Positions 1-13,717 of a DNA stretch of 64,000 bases are shown here, one piece after another (positions within the stretch are counted from its first letter, which is position 1; every line of letters starts with the position of its first letter). The DNA comes from Octopus sinensis. Lineage: Eukaryota. The DNA is taken from NCBI RefSeq assembly GCF_006345805.1, contig NC_043005.1, positions 41,416,001-41,480,000 of the forward strand, written 5' to 3'. The translations under genes were made by a program, and so were the position numbers. The notes beneath the pieces were generated by a model. It did not search any database and was not told the origin of the DNA. It worked only from the letters and a program-made list of their open reading frames with translations.

Positions 1-156
1 TGTGACAAGGATGGCCCTTTGAAATACAGGCCCTACTCATTTTTGCCAGCTGAGTGTACCTAAAATAGATATTATACAACACTCTTTTCATGCACCACAC
101 AGAAACATAAAAAAAATATCTCTTCAATAAACAGCTTTCAAATTTTTCAAATTTAC

Positions 157-255
157 CGGATTACACTTGACTAAAGATCCAAAGAATTTCTCCAGAGTAT
201 ACAGGTATTTCACATTATCTTTCGCTTCATTTGCTGCATCAGTAATACGGCCATC
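157..255 (-). CDS. DNAH5/DNAH8: Axonemal dynein heavy chain exon (DHC_N1 region): [33 protein letters not shown]
   Basis: 99 nt, ttccag acceptor and gtaaat donor, phase 0/0. The [20 protein letters not shown] motif is characteristic of DNAH5/8 as I recall it. Confidence 0.95.
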
Positions 256-748
256 CTGGAATAATTAATGACAAGAAAATGTCTTAGGAATCCTGTACAA
301 CAAAATCTCTCAAGAAAATGAACTTTATCTTAAAAATGAACTGTTTCATTAATCAAGTCTTGTACTTCGAGAGACATTTTAATTTTTTTTAAATATATGT
401 CAAAGAAATATGACTTATAAAATAAATTACTTAGTTTTTCCTCATCCAATATATAATGCACCAAAGGTTTGTGGGAACCCGGCTGTAGGAAATTTTACTG
501 TAGACATTTTAGCTATAGGAAAATTTGTCCAAAAATTTGTGACTAATGGTAGTCTGTATCAGTAAAAATTTCTTTAATTATTAAGATGTAAAGTTTGAAT
601 TTTCAACATTTCAGACAAAGTCCTTCTTCAGCAAGAAAGAAAACTTCTTCCTGAATCAATGTATATCTTCAATGTATTCATCAAACATTAGCTTTCTAAA
701 TTGAATGTTAACTAATATATTTTTCTTAAATTTCACTCATATACCTAC

Positions 749-842
749 CAGTTCTTTCCATCTTTTCAAACTTTTAGACTTTGCTGCTTGTAAAACACCA
801 ACCACAGTTTTCACTTTCTTGCTTTTAATCTGTTCCAAAAGA
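749..842 (-). CDS. DNAH5/DNAH8: Dynein heavy chain exon: (N)LLEQIKSKKVKTVVGVLQAAKSKSLKRWKEL
   Basis: 94 nt, tttag acceptor and gtaggt donor, phase 2/0. Matches DNAH5 [23 protein letters not shown]. Confidence 0.95.
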
Positions 843-1159
843 CTAAACAGAAAACATAAGAAGTGGAACATATTTCATAAAAGTGATCGATAATTGAAAC
901 ACTAATGTTTATAATTCAACATACTGTTGTAAGGTATTGCTGTGGGAAATATGGAGTAAAATAGATGGTAGAAGTATAAAAACCAAAAAAGACATGTCTG
1001 TAATTTTGTATGAGCAAAATGTCATTGCAGTATTACTACTAGAAGAGAAAGATGGTAAGGGAACATAAAAGCAAACCATTGGCCATAAGATGTTGCTGAT
1101 TAATGACTTAGAATTTCATTGAATGCAAAGTAGTTGACAGTTGCTCCAAAAAATATATT

Positions 1160-1540
1160 CACTCTCTTTTACTCTTTTACTTGTTTCAGTCATTTGACTG
1201 TGGCCATGCTGGGGCACTGCCTTTTAGTCAAGCAAATCGACCCTAGTACTTATTCTATTGGTATCTTTTGCCGAACCGCTAAGTTATGGGGACGTAAACA
1301 CACCAGCATTGGTTGTTGAGCAATGCTGGGGGAACAAACACAGACGCATAGACACACACATATATATATGTATATATACAACAGGCTTCTTTCAGTTTCC
1401 ATCTACCAAATCCACTCAAAGGCTTTGGTCGGCCTGAGGTTATAGTAGAAGACACTTGCCCAAGGTGCTACGCAGTGGGACTGAACCTGGAACCACGTGG
1501 TTCGTAAGCAAGCTACTTACCACACAGCCACTCCTACACC
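1160..1540 (-). mobile_element. tRNA-derived SINE family A (Meta/MESC-like core, (AAAGAGT)n tail)
   Basis: A box TGGCTGTGTGG and B box GGTTCAGTCCC, then ccttgggcaagtgtcttc..gagtggatttggtag core and internal (CA/TA)n. Confidence 0.9.
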
Positions 1541-1750
1541 TTTAGATAAAGTTTACTATAACTGTAGCATCAACTCTATTTTTTTTTATCGCAATAGCCA
1601 AGGTAAGTTGAATCTACAACTTCATCAAAGAGAAGTTAAACTCTTATAAGATGCCATATTTAGTTTACAGTTAAGAGAATCATTTCAGTAAGGTAAAAAA
1701 AAAAAAAATGGGCATATTGATAAATAAAAGGAAATTTAAGTTTTGATTAC

Positions 1751-1916
1751 TTGTTGAATTTTGACATCCTGTTCTTCCAGTGAATAAGCTCAGCAGTTGG
1801 TCCTATGTCATCAGCTTCTCGTCTCATTTGTTCACTTTCAGCCAATACTTGTTCAATTTGGTTTGCCCAGATACCCAAAAGCTCTTCAAACTTATCAACA
1901 GACTCAGAATTGCCAG
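1751..1916 (-). CDS. DNAH5/DNAH8: Dynein heavy chain exon: (A)GNSESVDKFEELLGIWANQIEQVLAESEQMRREADDIGPTAELIHWKNRMSKFN
   Basis: 166 nt, attag acceptor and gtaatc donor, phase 1/2. Contains the EQVLAE...EADD(V/I)GP.AEL.HWK motif. Confidence 0.95.
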
Positions 1917-3609
1917 CTAATAAAATTTAATAAAAACAAATTAAAAAAAAACAGAAGGGAAACAAAATAAATTGATTATTAGTTGTTGGTTAGCTTATTA
2001 AGCAATTTAAATCCAGTTTATGATTCAATCTATAGTGCTTTGCTACATCTGAAGGTTTTCATAATGATTACAGTGAACAGAGATTCTAGTCTCAATTGAT
2101 GTTCAACAACCTTGTATCAATTTTTTTCTTCAAATTTACTTTTTAACTGTCTGGGCCTACAGAAGTGACTAAATACACTTATTTTGTTATGATTACATAA
2201 AGGGTTAGAAGTTTTCTAGATCAGATGACCAAAATGACTAAAATGGTTTAGTAGCTGTTATTTATTTAATATGTATCATCTAAGGTCTTAGTGTTTAAAA
2301 ATAGTTAAACACATAGTTACTAGGGACCTTGTAAATTAGGAAAAAAAACAACAAAAGAAACTAAATATAAATATTGTTGTAATTGGGGAAGGTCATATTT
2401 TGCCAATTAAACATATGCTCTACAACAATATCCATTTGAACACACAATTTCATATCAAGAATCTTGCATAACAAATACATAAACATAAATATAAGTATTT
2501 TGGTGTCATTTAGCCAACAACACCAAATTCATTATAATCAAATTCAAAATGTAGTATATGGTATGATGTTCTTCAGTATCACTTGAATAGTACAAAAATG
2601 GATTTAAGGGCACAGTAGAAAGTGGAATATGAATGTTATATTAAGAAAGAGACTTGTAACAGTAACAAGGTTTTTAAAGTATTTGAGATGGAGTCATGAC
2701 AAACCTTATTGAGATACTATTCTGGTGAAAGTATTGTTTAGTTTTAGTTAGGTTATAGTTATTAAGTTGCGTGTAGCTGTTTGTTTTGCTATCATTTGTT
2801 GCTGCACTAGTTATTGTTATTGTTGTTATCGATGTCTATCATCAAAGATTATATTGTTGTTGTCAATAGTTAAGGTTGGGTTAAGAAGCTCACTTTGCTA
2901 CCACATGGTTTCTGGTTCAGTCCCACTGTGCTGTACCTTAGGCAAGTGTTTTCTATAGCTCTAGACCAACCAATACATTATGAATAAATTCAATAGACGG
3001 AAGCTATGTTGGAGCCTATCAGGTAAGTACTATCTCTGTTCACTGTAAACATTATGAAACCTTCAGATATAGCAAAGTACTATAAGTTGAATCTGGATTT
3101 AAATCCAAAATGAAACTGGATTTAAATCAATGTGCTCAAGAGTATCCGTTCAGTGCTTAAATAACATCAAACTGTAATAGTAAACAGCTACAAACCAGTG
3201 ACAGAAACAGTATTTACACTTTGGTTTCTATTCCTATTTCCAGCTACTTATGTCTCTAGTGTTTTATGAATATCATCAATTGAATGAATATAGATTATTT
3301 ACGAAAAGTCTGTGATGATAGTTTTTCTGGCTTTTAATCTCATTTTTATAAATAAAAAAGAGTATTGGTATACTTATTTATTAATTTTTGTATATATGTA
3401 TTATTATTTTTTTGGAAAAACATTGTAAATTTCTTTTTCCCCTTCCTCAATTTAAAAAAAATTTTTTCCCCTTCCAAATCTTGAAAATTTGCCTTGCAAT
3501 AAAAGCCAGTTTGATTTATTATTTTTTCTTTTTTAATTTTTCATACACCCATTTTTATTAAAATTTACTTTCAATTTAGCATTCTGTCTTATTATAATTT
3601 TTCCTCTCC

Positions 3610-3657
<48 letters not shown>

Positions 3658-3854
3658 TATATATACTAGTGAATGGACAAATGAAAGAAAAGGACATTCA
3701 ACACATGTAGTAGGAGTTACATGTATAACTTAAAATAGAAGCCTGAAAGAGTTGGGCTTCTGTTAGGGGCCCATGAAACTAGAAGTTGTAACACGGAACT
3801 GAATCAAACTGTTTTAAATAATAATGATAACAGTATATATACACATATATGCAT

Positions 3855-3921
<67 letters not shown>

Positions 3922-4130
3922 ATATATGCATACATACACACACACACAGAACAGGCTTCTGCACAGTTCCTACTTATCAATTCCACTCACAAAAAAGCAA
4001 AATCTGAGACTACAAAAGAAACATGCCCAAAATGTACTGCAGTGGGACTGAACCCAAAATTCTGTCATAACAAAATGAACTTCTCCCCATCACCACATAA
4101 TTGTACAGTAAAAGCAATAGCCAAATATAC

Positions 4131-4320
4131 CTGCAGCTTGGTAGTCTTGAGGGCACTCCAAGCCACTTATCAACTGACCATATCCATTTTCTACTAAGGC
4201 CAGTTGTCCTTCCAAAACATTTATGGAACTGTTCACACTTCCAGAAAATCGTTCAATTTGTTCTAAAAACTCTCCTACTTTGGTTTCTGGTCCATTTCCG
4301 TTTGAGAGGGATCCCCAAGA
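4131..4320 (-). CDS. DNAH5/DNAH8: Dynein heavy chain exon: SWGSLSNGNGPETKVGEFLEQIERFSGSV...CPQDYQAA
   Basis: 190 nt, ttgtag acceptor and gtatat donor, phase 0/1. Frame joins both neighbours; aligns to DNAH5 GWGEL...EFL...PTDY. Confidence 0.9.
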
Positions 4321-4359
4321 CTACAAAGCAAACAAACCATTACTGATAGAAGTAAATCA

Positions 4360-4500
4360 TCCTCATCACCACAACCACAACAACTATCATCACCATCATC
4401 ATCATCATCGTCTTCATCATCATCGTCATCGTCGTCGTCGTCATCGTCGTCATCGTCGCCATCCTCATCATCGTCGTCATCCTCATCATCATCAGAGTCA
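4360..4500 (+). repeat. Compound (CAT/CGT/CAC)n microsatellite just upstream of the exon-4320 acceptor
   Basis: Directly visible. Confidence 0.95.
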
Positions 4501-4989
4501 GAATCAATACTAGTATCATTATCATAATTATCAAATATTGTAGTATAACGTCAGTGCGCACTTAAGACAAAATGTTGAGAAAAAAAATCAGGGAATAAGC
4601 GCTATCAGATGTTGTATGAAAGAGAGAAGCCTGCACTGGTATGATCATGTGATGCATGTGGATGTGGATGGAACTAATGGAAGAGGGAGATCCAGGAAAT
4701 GTCGGGGATGAAGTAGTGAAGACAAATCTCAAGTTGTTGAGCCCCACAGTGGAGATGACAAAGGACTCAGATGATTGCTAATTCACTATGCTTGAGAAGA
4801 CTTATTTCAGCTAAATTGTAGTCATAAAAGCACGCCATTAATATCAATGTCCTTATACCCAACCTCTACGTGTCAAGCCTTTCCAGTATCTCATCTTTGC
4901 AACACCATCCCTCCTTCACCATTACAACTACAACACTATTTCTTTAAATATAAATTAGACACAGTTTAAGGTATGAATAAGAATCAGCT

Positions 4990-5365
4990 CAATTGAACAC
5001 ACATACACAAGGTATGTGTGTTTGATTTTGTTTATATGCCTTAAACCTTGTCCAATTCATATCTGAATCTTTTCCATGGCATGAAACGTTGGGCCATGCC
5101 AGCAGATGGTGTTTAAACCATTTAACATATAGTCATAATCAGCAATATGTCTTGCAGCAGATGTTGTTTGGTAACCAACATTGATAGATTGCAACAATGA
5201 TGAGACATCAATGTTTGTTGTTCCGAGAAGGGACCTATGTGAGTTGTTCCACTTGACTATGACTTACTTTCAGGTGGTTTTTACACCAGGCACATAGAAA
5301 ATATATTCTCTTATGCCTAAAAACCACAGCCAACCTACATACCTTGTGTCTATGTGTTCGATTTT
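4990..5365. mobile_element. MITE or internally deleted DNA transposon
   Basis: Inverted ends ttgaacacacatacacaaggtatg / cataccttgtgtctatgtgttcga. Confidence 0.55.
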
Positions 5366-6113
5366 GACTATTTCTTCAATTGCTGTAAATTATATTTTTA
5401 ACAAAACATCCATATAAACATCACTTTATCTCTCTCTTGCTTACATCAGATAATGCTTTTGATACTGAAAAATTCAGCTTGTTTTTTCAATATACTATAA
5501 ATCTCTGTATTATAAAGAGAATAAGAAATGGAAAATGTTATATCTGTAACTTTCTTTAATAATTAACTTGCTTATAAGTGAAATAATTTCAGCTGGGAAT
5601 TGAAACAGGATTATTAGTTCTGTATGCCAAGAACTGACCATCATGTTTCCACCACACCTTAGTTATGACTACACACTTTTTGTTTTGTAAACACATGGTT
5701 AATTGATCCAACTCTGATATTTCACTGACATTTTTTTATTGAACAATATATCAATATTTTGCTGATTTTATTTTAGCAAAAATGCATACTATTAAGAATA
5801 AACACACTGTGGTGTTTAAAAACATAAAAAAAAAACTAATTCAACATCATCATGATGCAATAAAATAAAACATTAAAATAAATTGGCTGATTCAAAGATT
5901 TTTGTGGTGAAATTATTAATCAGTGTGCAAAGAGGTAAAAAGTGATTTTTTTTACTTTTTAGTGGGATTTAAAATGGCATAAAAATTGTTTATAGATTTT
6001 TTTTTTTTTTTTGTTAAGGAATAAGTACACAGCTTAAAATCACAAAAATGAATAAATTTCTGTTTTCGATAATGCCTTAACATTTTGATTTTGAGTCAAA
6101 GATTTTGGTATAC

Positions 6114-6287
6114 CTCAAGAGACTTTAAGGAATCAAGAATTATCTTATTCAGGTGTTCTCCAATTCCTGGTAATATTTTCTCTTTCCGGCAATCCAACAC
6201 TCCAAATGACACATTCTGAGATATGTTACTATCTGTGACAGCTTTGTTGGAAGTTCTCAAGAAATAGCAACAGATGCCATTGACGTG
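6114..6287 (-). CDS. DNAH5/DNAH8: Dynein heavy chain exon: HVNGICCYFLRTSNKAVTDSNISQNVSFGVLDC...SLKSLE
   Basis: 174 nt, ttatag acceptor and gtatac donor, phase 0/0. Aligns to DNAH5 LTGVCVFFIRT..KAIT..NI..EVSF. Confidence 0.9.
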
Positions 6288-6394
6288 CTATAATAAATAT
6301 ATAATTATACAAGTATGAAAATGAGAGAGGTGGAGAAGAACAGTGAAAAAGTTCTAGACAGAAAATTTTAAAATAATGCTTAATATATATAGAA

Positions 6395-6694
6395 CTAGCA
6401 GTATCGCCCAGCGTTGCTCGGGTTTGTAAGGGAAATAACTATATAAGCATTTTTAGAGAGTTACTTCCATTATATAATAGCAAAAAAAATTCATTAAAAA
6501 TGGGAAAAAATTATGGTAAATTTTTTTTTAAATCGTAGACTCATCGTAGACGCGCACTAATACCCAGAAGAGCTTGATATGAATCACGACTATAAGATAC
6601 CCGCTTTTGGTTAAACTGCACCGCAAAATGTGGGAGTAGTTAGGAATCTAAATCGTAGGAGACAGACACACAACTTCACTTTTATATATATAGA
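6395..6694 (-). mobile_element. Non-autonomous Helitron
   Basis: 5' TC(TATATATAAAA) at 6694, 3' CTAG at 6395 with subterminal hairpin cccgagcaacgctggg, inserted between A and T. Confidence 0.85.
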
Positions 6695-7181
6695 TATAAC
6701 TCACACAGTAACTTTTCAAGCAAATGTGTCCAATGGCTGACCACAAATTACCAAAAGATTGAACTTATATTCTAGTGCAGTTTCACCCCAGTTTAAGCAT
6801 TTCTGGGAGGGTCTATGATAAAAAATTTTCCCATCATAACCATTCCATCTTTTCTATTTTTAAGATAGTAGTGCCAAAATGAATTTTGCAAAACATTCTA
6901 TTTGAAGCTTTTAAGAACTCTGCTAAGCTACTCTCTTGCGAATGACAATAACAACTAAAATAATGGCTATCACTCACCCACACTCATACCACTAGTGATA
7001 TAAACTCTATCATGTATTCATTCAGCTGTAAAACATGAGACAGTTTATGCAACCATCTGAAACTTGCAAAACTATATAACCACAAGCTGTTCTAAAAATA
7101 TAGAGGCAATAAAAAAGATAACTAGCTAGTGTAATATGTTAATTTCGATCGTTTAATTTCTAAGAAAATGAAACATCTCAC

Positions 7182-7268
7182 CTCTGTGCTTCCTGTTAAA
7201 ATACTCAGTTTTTTACATGGCTGTTGATGTTGGCTGCCAGTCTCATTTTTATTATATAAACTATCTCG
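7182..7268 (-). CDS. DNAH5/DNAH8: Dynein heavy chain exon: RDSLYNKNETGSQHQQPCKKLSILTGSTE
   Basis: 87 nt, taacag acceptor and gtgaga donor, phase 0/0, open frame. Positionally equivalent to DNAH5 KKPKVFVTEG. Confidence 0.8.
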
Positions 7269-8123
7269 CTGTTAATAAAAAAACACAATATGAAAAATAT
7301 TTAGATCAGAGAGAGAAAAAAGATATCACACCAGCAAATATCTGTTACTTTTACCATAATTCAACAGTCATTCATTCCTTCATCTTAACATTACTTTCTC
7401 CAGTCAACCATAGGTTGAATAAGAGAGTTATATGATTATTATTATTATTATGGCTGGGTTCCAACCATGACTGCAGCAACAAATTCCACCAGTCACACTT
7501 CTCAGTCCATCATTGCTGCCTCAAGTTCCTGGATTACAGTGTCTGTAATCAAGTTGTTTATGTAAAAGTGACAATGAATTCCTCTGCTTACACCACTATG
7601 AAATGAGTTCCACAAAACTAATTTCAGAGTCATGCAAGGAAGGAGTTTATGGTCAGATGTCCCTCCTATTACAAAACTGGTTTTTTAAGTAAAGGAATTT
7701 TTATTCCAAATGTCCTTCAAAGCTCAGAGCAACTGTTTATGTCAGCAAGGAATGCTAACATCGTTATTATTTTTGCTCCTGCAGTGACATGCTTAGAATA
7801 TCAATTGTCATGCACACTCCCTCTCTCTCCCTCCCTCAATTACATACACACATATGATAGGTGTCTTGTAGTTTTTCCATTAAGCAAATTCATTCATAAG
7901 TTACTGATTGGTTCTGGGCTATTATAAAAGATATTTGCCCAAGGTGCGCTATGTAGCATAAATGATATATAAAGGCAAATAAGGACATATGGAAGAAAAT
8001 TAATATATTTCCTCCATATGTTCTTTTTATCTGAATTCACACTTTTATATTTAAACATAGATTCATTCCTCAATCCTACATTAATCTTCAAACATACATA
8101 CAGGTAAAAACATGAATACATTC

Positions 8124-8156
<33 letters not shown>

Positions 8157-8164
8157 ATATATAC

Positions 8165-8227
<63 letters not shown>

Positions 8228-10239
8228 AGTGTGTGTGTGTGTGTTTCTTTTGGATATAGCTAGATACATCCTAGACATTGGACAACTTAAAGATATGCAA
8301 AGATGCCAAATATCAGACTAACTCCTAGTTGCATGCCTCCAATTAATTTTTAATCAATTTAAATTTCAAAGTTTTCTCCCTTGTCTTCTTTGGGGAAAAA
8401 AAGCCATTGTCACTAATGGCATTTCTTTCCATTATAAATTTTATTTCAGTTTATCAAAATTCCCTTTTGACTCACAAACTAAGTGTTTTAGTTTACACTT
8501 AGCAAACCTTTTATATATCCCCAAAAATTGTTTTTAATACAGGCACATGCTGGGAAACTTTTTTTGTTTTTGGTAAAGAAGTTAAAAGTTGACTATATCA
8601 ACTTTTGCACATGAATATGAACTCAGAATATGAAGAGCCAGAAGAAATACCACAAAATATTTTATCCAACATAAACAATTCTGTTAGTTTATCATCTTTA
8701 TATATTCCTAATAATGAAGTAGATATTTTTCATTCATTCAGAAATTTGCATGTGCCTGTATGTATATATTCACAAATTTTTATAAGCTCTATAAGGTTAC
8801 ATCATTGATATACTATCATACCTGAAAGATAAAAAATCTCAACATGCTCATTACCTGTCATTGACAACGTAATATGACCATTGTTGATTAATGACTTTCT
8901 GTCTTACCAATGCTACACACGTCTTTCTCTGCACAAGTTCAGGCAAGTTATCCTGGCACTGTCTGGTCTGGTCTGCTTTGATCTGGTACTAAAGTCTCTA
9001 CTCTATCAGCTTTGTTAGTATTGTTAGTCCTGGGTGTAAAACATCAACAAGCACTGAACTGCATGACATTTGTTAAATTCTTTACCCAAAACAAACAACA
9101 CAAAGTCTGCAAATTGAACTTGTGGACTAGAAGATCAGTGCTCAGCCAACTCAGACATTGTGCAACTTATTGTTAAGGATATTTGATTCACTAGTCAAAT
9201 GATCTTGTCAGTTTCTGAGTAACGTCTTTCTTCTTCCTCTAAGACATAACTGAAAAAAATGGAGGATTTGAACCTTATAGGGAGAATTTTAGAATTCCTG
9301 TTTTCTACACTTACAGACTTGCCCTTTCAGGTACCAGTGCTACTCAAAAAGCACCTGTGCTGGTGCTACATTAATACACCTGTACCGGTTCTGTGTAAAT
9401 GTACTCATGCCAGTGGCATGTAAGAAGCACCCAGCACATTCTGTTAAGTGGTTGGCATTAGGAAAGGCATCCAGTCGTAGAAACCATGTCACAACAGACA
9501 GTTGGAGTCTGGACAGCTTTCTGCTAGCTAGCTCTATGTCAAGCACCGTCCAACCTATACCAGCATGGAGAGTAGACATTGAACAAAGATGATGATGATG
9601 GTTTTGAAGCTGATGTTTACTTAAGCAAACCTTCAACCTTTTACTTTTCCTCACAGCAGTATATTTTCCCTGACAGAGTTTGCATCTATGATAAAAATGT
9701 TTGGGGAAGTCTGCTGTTGGAAAAAGAAAAAGTTCAAAGATGGCCAAAAAGTATCTCTAAAAGGCTTCAACTTTGTGATTAACTCTTGAAGATTTCTAGC
9801 CCCAAATCAACATAATCAGTTTGGCCCACATTGGTACCCAAACATCTGAAAGACAAAAGAATGCTTCTGTAAAGCATTCACTTCAAAAATCTTTAGCCAC
9901 CAGTAATCCAAGTAACACAAATTCCCATACATGCCCTGCAAGTGGTCCAGATTGGCTTCATGAGCCAGCTCTATATATTCCAAATTATACTTATAAGCAA
10001 ATCCTGAGTCTTTGACTTTTTTAGAAATAAAGGATAAACATGAAGAGTAGAATGTTATGCCAGTATTACAATAAAAATCATTCTAGAGATAGAAGTTCTG
10101 AGAAACATGTTGAACTCCAATGTATTCAATAGATAATAGGTAAAACTTCTAACTCAAGGAAAAATATTAGTAAATTATTGGTGCAGGAACAGTATTTTGT
10201 TTCAATGTCATAGAATATATATCTATAGTTTTGTATACA

Positions 10240-10468
10240 AGCTGGCAGAAATGTTAGCATGCTGAGCAAAATGCTTAGCGGTATTTCATTTACCACTACA
10301 TTCTGAGTTCAAATTCCGTTGAGGTCGACTTTGCCTTTCATCCTTTTGGGGTCGATTAAATAAGTACCAGTTGTACACTGGAGTTGATATAATTGACTTA
10401 ATCCGTTTGTCTGTCCTTGTTGTCCTATCTGTGTGTAGCCGCTTGTGGGCAGTAAAGAAATAAGAAAG
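10240..10468 (+). mobile_element. tRNA-derived SINE family B (Nin/Deu-domain type)
   Basis: gagttcaaattcc B box followed by ctttgcctttcatccttttggggtcgat..aagtaccag core. Confidence 0.88.
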
Positions 10469-11367
10469 ATATAAACACCTCTGGTTTTATATATAATATC
10501 CTTGTGGGCAGAAAAAAGAGAAAAGAGTGAATGAGTTTAAATCTTTTGTTGGGATTTCATTAGTCGCTTTCACTGTCCATGGAAATCCAATATTATTTAG
10601 GATTTTGATTAAAACTGAATAAACCAATTTGCATACATAATGCATTCTTTGCAATTTTTTTAATAATAAATTACTGGTGTTGTAATTTCATTTTGTTTCA
10701 ATGCTATTGTGTAAAACATGATACATGAATAAATTTTAGCCAACATTGTATGTAATAAACAACTTTGTCTTTACATCTGATTAAAGAGGGTACTCAATTG
10801 TAGATGAAATCCTCTCATACAATTGAAAATAATCCAGCTGATCCCACTTTTCTATCTACAGATATAATGTATATAAAGACAATCTGTCTGTCACATATAG
10901 TGCTAGCTAAAACCAATAGATCAATAGCAATATTTATATTCTATAGTACAGTCTATCAGAGTATTACATATAAGTTTCTTCAGTGAGTCTGATGCATATA
11001 TTTGTTCTAAAAAGGTAGATCTAGACAAGTAGAAGTATCTTATTTAAAGACGCATCAAAATACCTGCAATCCAAGAAGTCTGATAATTTACTCAAAGTGT
11101 CTGGATCACTCATTAACTGCCATATGTGGTCAGTGTTAAAAAAGTGAACGTTCAGGTAGTATTCAGATGTCCTCTACAGTAGTTCACAATTGCAGATTAA
11201 GGAGTAAAATTTTGCATTACTAAAATGTACAGAAAATCTCTCATATGTTATATCCCTTTACTACAGTGTCCTGTAGAATACTATTAAGAAAATTGATAAA
11301 TGTGAAACTTCATTCTTGTCATTAAAATTTAACTCAACTGGTAGAAATGTATTATGTAAGTACTCAC

Positions 11368-11442
11368 TCGCATATATGTTTGATAAAAGAATATCAGCTT
11401 TTTCCGACCATTTGCATCAAAAAATTCCTCAATAGCATCAAA
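11368..11442 (-). CDS. DNAH5/DNAH8: Dynein heavy chain exon: FDAIEEFFDANGRKKLIFFYQTYMR
   Basis: 75 nt, tttgcag acceptor and gtgagt donor. Aligns to DNAH5 IDQLFAVGGLRHLMFYYQ. Confidence 0.9.
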
Positions 11443-13264
11443 CTGCAAAAGAATAACGACAACCAATATTTTCAGAAATATTTGTTTGATTTAAAACTTT
11501 TTCAATATAATATTTAATCAGTTTCAATATTATGTTATATGCAGCTTTGAAACATTATTTGAAGCAGTCTACAGCATATAGAAGAAAACAATTGATCTTG
11601 ACTTCATACCATGGATGTAATTAGTTCAATGTTTGGGTAAAAACTCAGATAAAGTACAAGATTTATTCATATATAATTAACAACTTTCCAGAATTTTAAA
11701 TCTAAGTATAAAGAATGCATATACATGCAAACTAATGTTACCTGCTTTTCCAACCAGATGTGTTACTATATTGTGGATGGCTGATTGAAATAAGTTTGTT
11801 ATATCTGGTATCCAAACTAATTGCTGTGTAATAAAAAGTTTAAAATATCAACGTTACATTTTTCTGATTGTAATAATATACTAAATGTTCATCACAGCTG
11901 GCAGAAACATGTTTCATGAAACAAACCCCCTCAACCTTCAGAATAGAAGACCAAAATATAATACTGACATTATAGAAAATGCTTCTTGAAGCAATCAAGA
12001 AGCAATACATGCAGATATTATCATGATCAAAATGTCAACTGAAAATATTAAAAAAATTCTGTTCCTGAAATACTGTATTTATTATAATGAACACTCACTA
12101 TTGAAATAAACATGTTTTTGACGAAAGTATTTAAATGGAAATATTTACATTCTGCATTATGCCTTTTATATAATTTTCAGCTAGTTGACCATTTATAGTT
12201 TGAATTAACAGTAAATATATTTTTACAGTAAAATTCTAAGATCACATTTAAATTTGCTTATTGATTTGAAGATAAACAAAATTTTACACTGTATGTTAGA
12301 CAGCAATTATAATAAAACTGACTAAACACTTTGTTTTCAATACAGCATAATACTAAAGAAAAAGCATGTACAGTATATGTAGGAGAATATTTTTCTGGAG
12401 TCTGATAGCTCTAACTGATGGACTTTATACATGAGTGCACATTATATATTAATAAATACTGTGCTATAATGTATTGCATGATATACATTGATTTTTTTGC
12501 ATTAGTCTGAAGGATTTTCTGTAATTTCATTGGGGTTATAAATATTCTTATGTTGTTAAAAATAAGGATAGTTTTATAAATTATAAGAATTGCATATCTG
12601 TTCAAATGAACAGATAAAAACAATAAGTTTTGTGCATAAAGAGTTTGACTTAGTATTTAACAGTAAAATTTGATCTTGACCAATAGATTGAGACCAGGAA
12701 GTCGTAGATGTGAAGGTGCATGTTATCCACAGAAAAGCATGGGTCACAACAGTATGTAAACATATAGGCACTTGGATCAACATAACTGAAAACATTTTTG
12801 CTTATTACATTTTTCTCTGGTTCACTGATGAATTAACGAAAGCTATAAAAATTTAATTACAGAATAATGAAACTATATAAAAACACTACAATAATAATTA
12901 CAAAACACTTAATGATTTACATGTAATTATCATTATTCCAAAACATCTTTTATCACAATATTCAGGAAAAAACTGAGTTGTATAAAGATTTCTTGATTTC
13001 TGTTGCTATTGTTCTTATTTCTCATTCTGCTTAAAGCAACATAAAACTAATTTTACTCCAACTCACTCATATTTTAATTATCACACTAATACTAATTCTT
13101 TGCCTGTGTGCCAGTCAGGGCAATGTAATAAATGCCTCATCCTTGCATACACTTTCATTTTACTTCTCTTACCAACACTCATTTCCATTTGTTGTTCAAC
13201 AGCCACCTACTTCTACACTATCTAATTAATACAACAACAAATAAATAAACATATCTAATTATCA

Positions 13265-13480
13265 AATGAGGGGGTGTTGAAAAGTTCCTTGCATTGGGTA
13301 AAAGAAAACACAGGAAAATCACTTAATTATGATTTTATTCCCCTTCTCAGATTCACACACTTATTGCAGTGATTCTTCAGTATTTCTAAACTTTGAAAAA
13401 GAAATCAGAAGGTTGGGCCTCTAACTAAGCCTTTCACAATACCCTTAAAGCCAGAAAATTTTCAGCCACCCCACTCATAT
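13265..13480. mobile_element. Mariner-type MITE
   Basis: Decayed TIRs tgagggggtgttgaaaagttcc / gccagaaaattttcagccaccccactcata. Confidence 0.7.
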
Positions 13481-13654
13481 ATGCATGATGTTACAGTTTT
13501 CAGTGTGTTTGTATTAGTCAGGAATGCTGCAAAGCCTTTTGTCCAGCATGCTAACAATTCTGCTACCTTGCCACCCAGATGTTTCAATATATTTCAGTAA
13601 AAATTGTTCTGATTACATATTTTTTAATGATTGTTAGATGGTTAAGTAACTTAC

Positions 13655-13717
13655 TTTCTCATCACTGAGAACAAACTCTTCCACAACATTTACTTCAATC
13701 TTGAGAGCATCAGATAC
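13655..13717 (-). CDS. DNAH5/DNAH8: Dynein heavy chain exon: VSDALKIEVNVVEEFVLSDEK
   Basis: 63 nt, ccatag acceptor and gtaagt donor. Aligns to DNAH5 [21 protein letters not shown]. Confidence 0.88.

Noticed and set aside
620-700. Minus-strand tttag followed by KLMFDEYIEDIH*
   Set aside because: Lies in the intron between two well-supported exons, has the wrong phase, and shows no dynein similarity.
12574-12795. Acceptor-like site with two open frames on the minus strand
   Set aside because: No donor and no recognisable homology; the flanking exons already join in frame.
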